Shown here: piece after piece, positions 58,472 to 64,000 of the stretch
How positions within the stretch are numbered: position 1 is the first letter of the stretch
Layout: each line of letters begins with the position of its first letter
Position numbers and translations under genes: made by a program
Source: Chloroflexota bacterium
Lineage (GTDB): Bacteria; Chloroflexota; UBA11872; VXNJ01
NCBI GenBank assembly: GCA_965261345.1
Contig: OZ253449.1
Location: 1,728,001-1,792,000 of the forward strand
Length of the DNA: 64,000 nt
Reading direction: 5' to 3'
Notes under the pieces: generated by a model
Seen by the model: only the letters and a program-made list of their open reading frames with translations
Databases searched by the model: none
What the model was told of the DNA's origin: nothing

Positions 58472-59224
58472 TCAACCGGCTGCGAAATCTGCCACCAGTT
58501 CATCGGAGAGCTCAAGGTTTGACTCGACCTTGCCAACGTCCTCAAGGTCCTCTAGGGCGTCGATGAGGCGGAGAACGGCGCTGGCGGCCCGATCGTCGAC
58601 GAGGATCGGATTGGTGGCCACGCGGACGATCTCAGCTTCTGTGATATCCAATCCGGAGGCGACCAATTCGGTGCGCACGCTGGCCAGATCGGCCGGTTGG
58701 GTCAGTACCAGGATGCTGCCATCATTCCGTTCAACATCCTCGGCCCCGGCTTCGACCGCATCGGCAAATACCTGATCGAAATCCAGCCCCTGATCGTCCA
58801 ACAGGATCTGCCCGCGGTTCTCAAAAAGCCAGGCAACCGATGCTGTGTCGGCCATCCGTCCGCCGCCCGATTCCAACGCGTTGCGGATTTGCGCAACCGA
58901 ACGGTTGCGGTTGTCGGTAATAACGTCGATTAGCAACGCTACCCCTCCTTGGGCATACCCAGCGTAGGTGATCTCCTCCATATTGGCGGCCTCGCCGCCG
59001 CCCGCTCCGCGAACGATCGCCCGCTCGATGTTGGCGTTGGGCATGTTTATGGATTTGGCCCGCTGAACCACCATCGCCAACCGGTTATTGCCGTCTATTG
59101 ACTCGCCGCCGGTGCGGGCCGCGATCATTATTTCGCGGGCCAATTTTGAAAACAGCTGGCCGCGTTTGGCGTCATTGGCGCCCTTTTTGCGCTTGATCGT
59201 CGACCATTTAGAGTGCCCAGACAT
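58472..59224 (-). CDS. YebC/PmpR family protein
   Basis: MSGHSKWSTIKRKK, TDNRNR, LEDLEDV. Confidence 0.95.
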   Translation of the reverse strand: MSGHSKWSTIKRKKGANDAKRGQLFSKLAREIMIAARTGGESIDGNNRLAMVVQRAKSINMPNANIERAIVRGAGGGEAANMEEITYAGYAQGGVALLIDVITDNRNRSVAQIRNALESGGGRMADTASVAWLFENRGQILLDDQGLDFDQVFADAVEAGAEDVERNDGSILVLTQPADLASVRTELVASGLDITEAEIVRVATNPILVDDRAASAVLRLIDALEDLEDVGKVESNLELSDELVADFAAG

Positions 59225-59331
59225 AACTGCCAATTGCTCCCGAAGCTAAAAAGTCGACATCCCTAATGCAAGTTTATGGCGGCCGCCAGTTGGCACAATT
59301 GGTCGATCGAAAAACGCGGAGGTAATGCGAA

Positions 59332-59871
59332 TTGAATGAATCGACGTTGCCGCTGCTGATCATCCTGCCGTCGGGCGCGCTGCTGGTGTACACCTTCGCC
59401 ACCTTGGCCAATCCGTTCGCCGCCCAGCGGCGCGGCGACCAGGTCTTCTACGTCCGATTGGGTTTCATGCAGCGGATACTGGTTCTGCGCTGGTACGTGC
59501 TGGCAATTTTGGCCATCAACAGCGTCGCCGCCCTGCCCGGCCTGGAAGCCCTCAATTCCAACCAATACGGCATCTATTCGTTCGTCATTCTGCTCGGAAC
59601 GATCCTGGTTCTGATGCTGCCGATGCGCTACGTATTTTTCAAGGAAGGGATGGCAATCGGCGCCGGCCGCCTGCGCCACTGGGCCGAATTTGAGTCCTAC
59701 AAATACACCTCCGCCGGGGCCAAACTCAATCCCGCGGCGGGCAAACGCGGCCAGATGCTCTACCTGAGCGATGTGCAGCGCCGCGCGCTGCATCCAACCC
59801 TGGAGCGATTCCTGGGTGACGGAAGAGGAGCGATCGCTCCTCGCACCCGCCAGCGCCGAACCCCTAATTAA
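59332..59871 (+). CDS. Hypothetical membrane protein (three TMs plus short soluble C-domain)
   Basis: GGAGG SD upstream, hydrophobic segments, EG......W.EF.SY tail. Confidence 0.6.
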   Translation: MNESTLPLLIILPSGALLVYTFATLANPFAAQRRGDQVFYVRLGFMQRILVLRWYVLAILAINSVAALPGLEALNSNQYGIYSFVILLGTILVLMLPMRYVFFKEGMAIGAGRLRHWAEFESYKYTSAGAKLNPAAGKRGQMLYLSDVQRRALHPTLERFLGDGRGAIAPRTRQRRTPN

Positions 59872-61478
59872 TGCGCCCGGCCGGCGCCCGATCCCTCGTC
59901 GATCTGCGAACAAATCGAGTGGGCTAGGCTGCGCATTCGTTCGACCGCCTGCGAGGTTACCTGGTCCGGATCGTAGCGGGCGCGCGTGAATTGATCGGCG
60001 GCGCTCTGGACCAGAGTGGTTTCGATTCCCAGTTGCGATACCAGGCGGGCGCCAAATTCGCGCGCGGTTTGATCTCCCAAACGGGTCAGATCGGCCCGTT
60101 CGGCGTGGGCGATTACCTGGTTGAAGGCCTGCCACAGCAGGTCCAGGTTGCTCTGCGGACGCCGCTGGCGGGTTGAGGTTCTGGTCTGATTGCGGGCGGC
60201 CAGCGAGGCGGTTGCCGCACGGGCCGCGGCCCGGCCCAGCACAAATGGCGCCAATGCCAATCCGGCCAGCAGCCGCCACAGGAACGCCAGCAACCGTGAA
60301 AGCAATTGGCGGTAGCGCGAATCCTTGCCCGGCCGGCCACTGGCAAACGAGCGCCGGTAGAGCCAAAAGAGCGCGGCCATCAGCAACACCGCGGCGAATA
60401 TGCCCTGAAGATAGACCAGCGTGATCGAGTCGATGCTCTGGCCAAACATCTGCATTTCGCCGCCCGCACTCTCGGATACGAGGGCATCGTCGACCCCGCT
60501 AAAGAGGAGTCCGAATAAGTAACTCCCCAGCGCCAGTGCCAGGAAGACCGGCAGCGTGACCAATTGCCAGATCAGCACCACGCCCTTGAGCAGGTAGCCA
60601 CCGAAGTACTCCATATTGGGAATTAGAAACACCGGCAGGAAGCTGGCCAGCAGCAGGCCCAGGCCGATGACCAGAGCGCTGGTGCGCAGCCAGACCGAAG
60701 CAATCGAATCCGAGACTTGGGTACCGGCTTCAGACCAGGTGGACAGATTGCGGGTGTATGAGACGTAGCTGAGGGTAATGAACATGAGCAGGTAGTAGGA
60801 GAAAAGCGCCGGAAGCTGCAGAAACGCTGGCACCAGCTGGGTATCCTTTCCGCCGATCGCCGCTGGCAACAGGATCAGTCCGGCGGCGATGATCGCGAGC
60901 ATGACCGCCGCCGCCAGTGCCGCGATCCGGATGTTATCGACCGCCTTGCCCCGATCAATCGTGAGCGCGCGCGCAGCCTGCCAGACATAGAACGCCGCGG
61001 TATCGCGGGGCGGCGGCTGCGAGTTTTCACGATAGCAGAGCGAATTAATTGAGGCGGCCATGCTGGCTGCGATCGCCCAGCTGGCCGAGAGCAACCCCAA
61101 TAACAACAGCGACTCGATTGAAAAGACCAGCCCCCCGAGGGCGCCCAGGATGGCCAGCGGATCGGTTCCGATGTCGAACCCGACGAAGGCGCCCGAAAGG
61201 ATTCGGATCACGGCCAACGTCGGCAGGGTGAAGGCCACCCAATCGCGCCAGGTAATCGGAGTCCTCACATCGCGATCGGCAATCGCGGTCATGTGCAGGC
61301 GCAGGCCGAATAGCGCGGTGGTGGCGATCGCCAGGGTCCAGGCAAAGACCGGCTGCCCGGTCAGCTGCCACGTTAAGAACGCGAAATTGAGCATGAAAAT
61401 GGCCGCCAACCCGGTCAGCAGGCCTGTCAGTATGTAGCGTTCAAGATGCCGGTCGGAGCCGGCGACCCCAGTTTGCAT
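59868..61478 (-). CDS. Multi-TM protein with C-terminal DUF4129-like domain
   Basis: About 10 TMs; C-terminal R...QTAREF..RL and FTRARY; third gene of a MoxR-DUF58 operon. Confidence 0.7.
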   Translation of the reverse strand: MQTGVAGSDRHLERYILTGLLTGLAAIFMLNFAFLTWQLTGQPVFAWTLAIATTALFGLRLHMTAIADRDVRTPITWRDWVAFTLPTLAVIRILSGAFVGFDIGTDPLAILGALGGLVFSIESLLLLGLLSASWAIAASMAASINSLCYRENSQPPPRDTAAFYVWQAARALTIDRGKAVDNIRIAALAAAVMLAIIAAGLILLPAAIGGKDTQLVPAFLQLPALFSYYLLMFITLSYVSYTRNLSTWSEAGTQVSDSIASVWLRTSALVIGLGLLLASFLPVFLIPNMEYFGGYLLKGVVLIWQLVTLPVFLALALGSYLFGLLFSGVDDALVSESAGGEMQMFGQSIDSITLVYLQGIFAAVLLMAALFWLYRRSFASGRPGKDSRYRQLLSRLLAFLWRLLAGLALAPFVLGRAAARAATASLAARNQTRTSTRQRRPQSNLDLLWQAFNQVIAHAERADLTRLGDQTAREFGARLVSQLGIETTLVQSAADQFTRARYDPDQVTSQAVERMRSLAHSICSQIDEGSGAGRAH

Positions 61479-62676
61479 AGTCCTCCCGGTCGGTGGCCGC
61501 GTAGGCGGTCAATTGAATCTGTTCGGCCCGGGCAACCGCGTCCCGGCAGTTCTCGGGGTCGGAATATATCACCACCACTTTGTGGCCCGATCGTTGCATT
61601 CTTTTCAGCATCGGCAGGTGGTCGGTGCGGCCGCCGGAGAAGAGCACGATGGTGGAGCCAAAGGTCAGTCTTGATATCTGCGCCCGCACCTGTTCGGCAA
61701 GGTCTCCGCGGGGCAGCATTGCCGATCGCGCCAGGACCTCGAGGACGAGCATGAGATGGCGTCGCCCCTGGCCGACCGGCGTCCCGGGATTGGCCAATTT
61801 GCGGCTGCGCATGGCGCGTTGGGCCTGCGGCCGCGAGAGCAGTTCGTTGCGATCTAGGCCGTTGACGATTAGGCCGACCGATTGGCGTTGCCCGATCAGG
61901 GCGTTGGCAAATGAAGCCGCGCCGGTGATTGAAAGCTCGCTGGCGTACTGCGCCCAGCTGGCCGAGTAGTCGTTCGGATTCAGGTCAACCACCAGCAACA
62001 CCTCGTGGCGGACGGCCGGTTGCAGTTGGCGCACCAGCAGCTGCCCGCGCGCCGCTGAGGCCTTCCAGTTGATCAGCCGCGGACTGTCACTGGAGGTGTA
62101 TTCGCGAACTCCGGCCACCCGCGTCGGATCCTCATAGAGCCGGATTGGAGAGCGCTGGGTACCCAGCGGCGAGGACGATGGCAATGCCAGCTCGGAAATT
62201 GGGATGATCCGCGGAAATACGTATTTGCGCTGTCCGGCCCTGACCTGACGCTGCTGGCGGTAGATGCCGAACACATCGCCGAAGGCAATGTCGAGTGGTC
62301 CCAGCAGATAGACGCCGCGCTGGCCGGCGGTGAGCTCGTAGGTGTAGGTTCGTTTGGATCGCGGCGGGAGGGCGATTGCGATGTTGAGCGGGTCGCGATG
62401 GCCCAGCTCGATCGGCAGCTGCTCCTGCAGATTCATCCAGGGAATCGGCACCCAGTTGCGGTTTTCGACCATCAGCTCGACGGTGGATTTTTCGCCCAGA
62501 AACGAGCGCTTTTGAAAAGTACGGGTCACCCCGATGCCGGCGCCGGCCAGTCGGATCCAGAGCAGATTGGCCGCGTACAACCCGATGAACAGATAGGCGA
62601 GCAGGAAGAACGCCGAGAGCCGCGAGGCCAGCGCCACCACCACCAAGGCGAGCGCCACCGTCGCGGCGGCGGCCAT
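61441..62676 (-). CDS. DUF58 domain protein
   Basis: RG.Y.LGP, D.FG, GVREY..SD..R.INWKASA. Confidence 0.88.
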   Translation of the reverse strand: MAAAATVALALVVVALASRLSAFFLLAYLFIGLYAANLLWIRLAGAGIGVTRTFQKRSFLGEKSTVELMVENRNWVPIPWMNLQEQLPIELGHRDPLNIAIALPPRSKRTYTYELTAGQRGVYLLGPLDIAFGDVFGIYRQQRQVRAGQRKYVFPRIIPISELALPSSSPLGTQRSPIRLYEDPTRVAGVREYTSSDSPRLINWKASAARGQLLVRQLQPAVRHEVLLVVDLNPNDYSASWAQYASELSITGAASFANALIGQRQSVGLIVNGLDRNELLSRPQAQRAMRSRKLANPGTPVGQGRRHLMLVLEVLARSAMLPRGDLAEQVRAQISRLTFGSTIVLFSGGRTDHLPMLKRMQRSGHKVVVIYSDPENCRDAVARAEQIQLTAYAATDREDYANWGRRLRPAS

Positions 62677-63635
62677 TATTCGGCGGCCATTGGCGCCAGA
62701 TCCACCGGTGCTGAGCCAAGCACCTGTTCGACCACATGACTGGCGGTCGTTCCGCGCACTATCGAATCGGGTTGCAGCAGAAGGCGGTGGGTGAGGATGT
62801 AGGGCGCGACCGCCTTCACATCGTCGGGGGCTACGAAGGATTCGCCGGCCAGAGCGGCTTGCGCCTGGCTGGCCTGGAATAGTGCCAGCGCCGCTCGAGT
62901 GCTGGCGCCGATCGCGACGGCGGGATGGTTGCGCAGCCGGGTTACCAGTTCGACGATGTAGACGGCCACCGATTGCTCGACATGGACCTCTCCGACCTGT
63001 CCCTGAAGAGCTAGTAGCTGATCGATTTCGGCCACTGGCGCCAGCGATTCGATCGGATGGCCTTGGCGTTGCCCGTAGAGGATTTCCACCTCTTCGGACT
63101 GGCTTGGATAGCCCAGGGCGGTGCGCATGAAGAATCGGTCGAGCTGCGCCTCGGGCAGCGGAAACGTGCCCTCGTATTCAACCGGATTCTGGGTCGCCAG
63201 CACCATGAACGGGTCGGGCAGGCGGCGGGTCTCCCCTTCGATCGAGATCTGGCCCTCGCCCATGCACTCGAGCATTGCCGCCTGGGTTCGGGGGGTGGCG
63301 CGGTTGACCTCGTCGGCCAACAGGATGTTGGTGAACACCGGTCCCGGACGGTAGTCGAAGCGCAGGCTGGCCGAATCAAAAACCGCCACGCCGGTTATGT
63401 CGTTGGGCAAAAGGTCGGGGGTAAATTGAATCCTTCTGAAGTCGCCGCCAAGGGATATCGCCAGCGCCCTGGCGAACATCGTCTTGCCGGTTCCGGGTAC
63501 GTCCTCTAGCAGTACGTGCCCGCGGCAGAGGAGCGCGATAAGTACTCTTTCAATCTCAGCCCTCTTGCCGATGATTACCTTGGCAACGTTGTCGCTAACA
63601 AGCTGCGTGAATTGCTGAAAATCTTGCGGATTCAA
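62676..63635 (-). CDS. MoxR-family AAA+ ATPase
   Basis: GHVLLEDVPGTGKT, RIQFTPDLLP, LADEVNRA, ATQNPVE, LPEAQLDRF. Confidence 0.96.
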   Translation of the reverse strand: MNPQDFQQFTQLVSDNVAKVIIGKRAEIERVLIALLCRGHVLLEDVPGTGKTMFARALAISLGGDFRRIQFTPDLLPNDITGVAVFDSASLRFDYRPGPVFTNILLADEVNRATPRTQAAMLECMGEGQISIEGETRRLPDPFMVLATQNPVEYEGTFPLPEAQLDRFFMRTALGYPSQSEEVEILYGQRQGHPIESLAPVAEIDQLLALQGQVGEVHVEQSVAVYIVELVTRLRNHPAVAIGASTRAALALFQASQAQAALAGESFVAPDDVKAVAPYILTHRLLLQPDSIVRGTTASHVVEQVLGSAPVDLAPMAAE

Positions 63636-63707
63636 AAGTGACTCATTCGGTTGCGCTCATCCCGGGCCGAAAAAGGTTCAACAAATGCCCTCCCGGACGC
63701 CCCGACG

Positions 63708-64000
63708 TTGACTGACAACCAGGCGTCTTCGTCGGCCGAGCGCCAACTCGAATGCGATCTTCTGATCGTCGGAACGGGTCTGGCGGGCCTGGTTACGGCA
63801 CTGGCGGCGGCACCGCATCTGCGAGTCCTCATTATCACCAAGTCGAGCGCCGACGAATCCAATACCTATTACGCCCAGGGCGGGATCGCCGCTGCGATCG
63901 GAGTCGATGATTCGCCCGAGCAGCACTACCGCGACACCATCAACGTCGGGGCTGAAATCTCCAACCGCTCGGCGGTCCGGGCATTGGTCGACAGCGCCCG
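63708..64000 (+). CDS. nadB: L-aspartate oxidase, 3'-truncated by the window edge
   Basis: TTG 63708 then DLLIVGTGLAGL and ITK...ESNTYYAQGGIAAA; absent from the ORF track. Confidence 0.85.
   Translation, partial: MTDNQASSSAERQLECDLLIVGTGLAGLVTALAAAPHLRVLIITKSSADESNTYYAQGGIAAAIGVDDSPEQHYRDTINVGAEISNRSAVRALVDSA

Overview
GC-rich bacterial chromosome segment with about 65 densely packed genes, mostly housekeeping. Gene content and style suggest a Chloroflexota-like monoderm (inference): Tat lipoprotein solute-binding protein with VEKIVTVEV repeats, CdaA/CdaR, baseplate-J-like gene beside ruvX-mltG, MoxR-DUF58-DUF4129. It holds argF-cdaA-cdaR, alaS to efp, secDF, a small exopolysaccharide cluster, a sugar ABC transporter, the ribD-ribE-ribBA-ribH operon, coaE, rplS-rnhB, a flavoprotein-fpr-rraA-birA-mrp run, two amidases, a split UxaA-type lyase, yebC-ruvCAB-acyP-acpS-nnr, a MoxR operon and the start of nadB. 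I saw no rRNA, tRNA, CRISPR array, transposase or prophage. Four signals stand out. (1) Several genes have conserved N-termini upstream of any in-frame ATG/GTG/TTG and appear to start at CTG or ATC, some with Shine-Dalgarno sites or CTGA stop/start overlaps. (2) An accB-like gene after efp lacks the biotinylated lysine, like plant BADC proteins. (3) A membrane-anchored baseplate-J-like gene is coupled to ruvX and mltG with no phage genes nearby. (4) Several enzymes have altered motifs: CdaA DGA>DLA, a degenerate RibB domain, a BY-kinase without Walker A, and an Arg-tip EF-P. All calls come from motif recognition by eye; no database searches were run.
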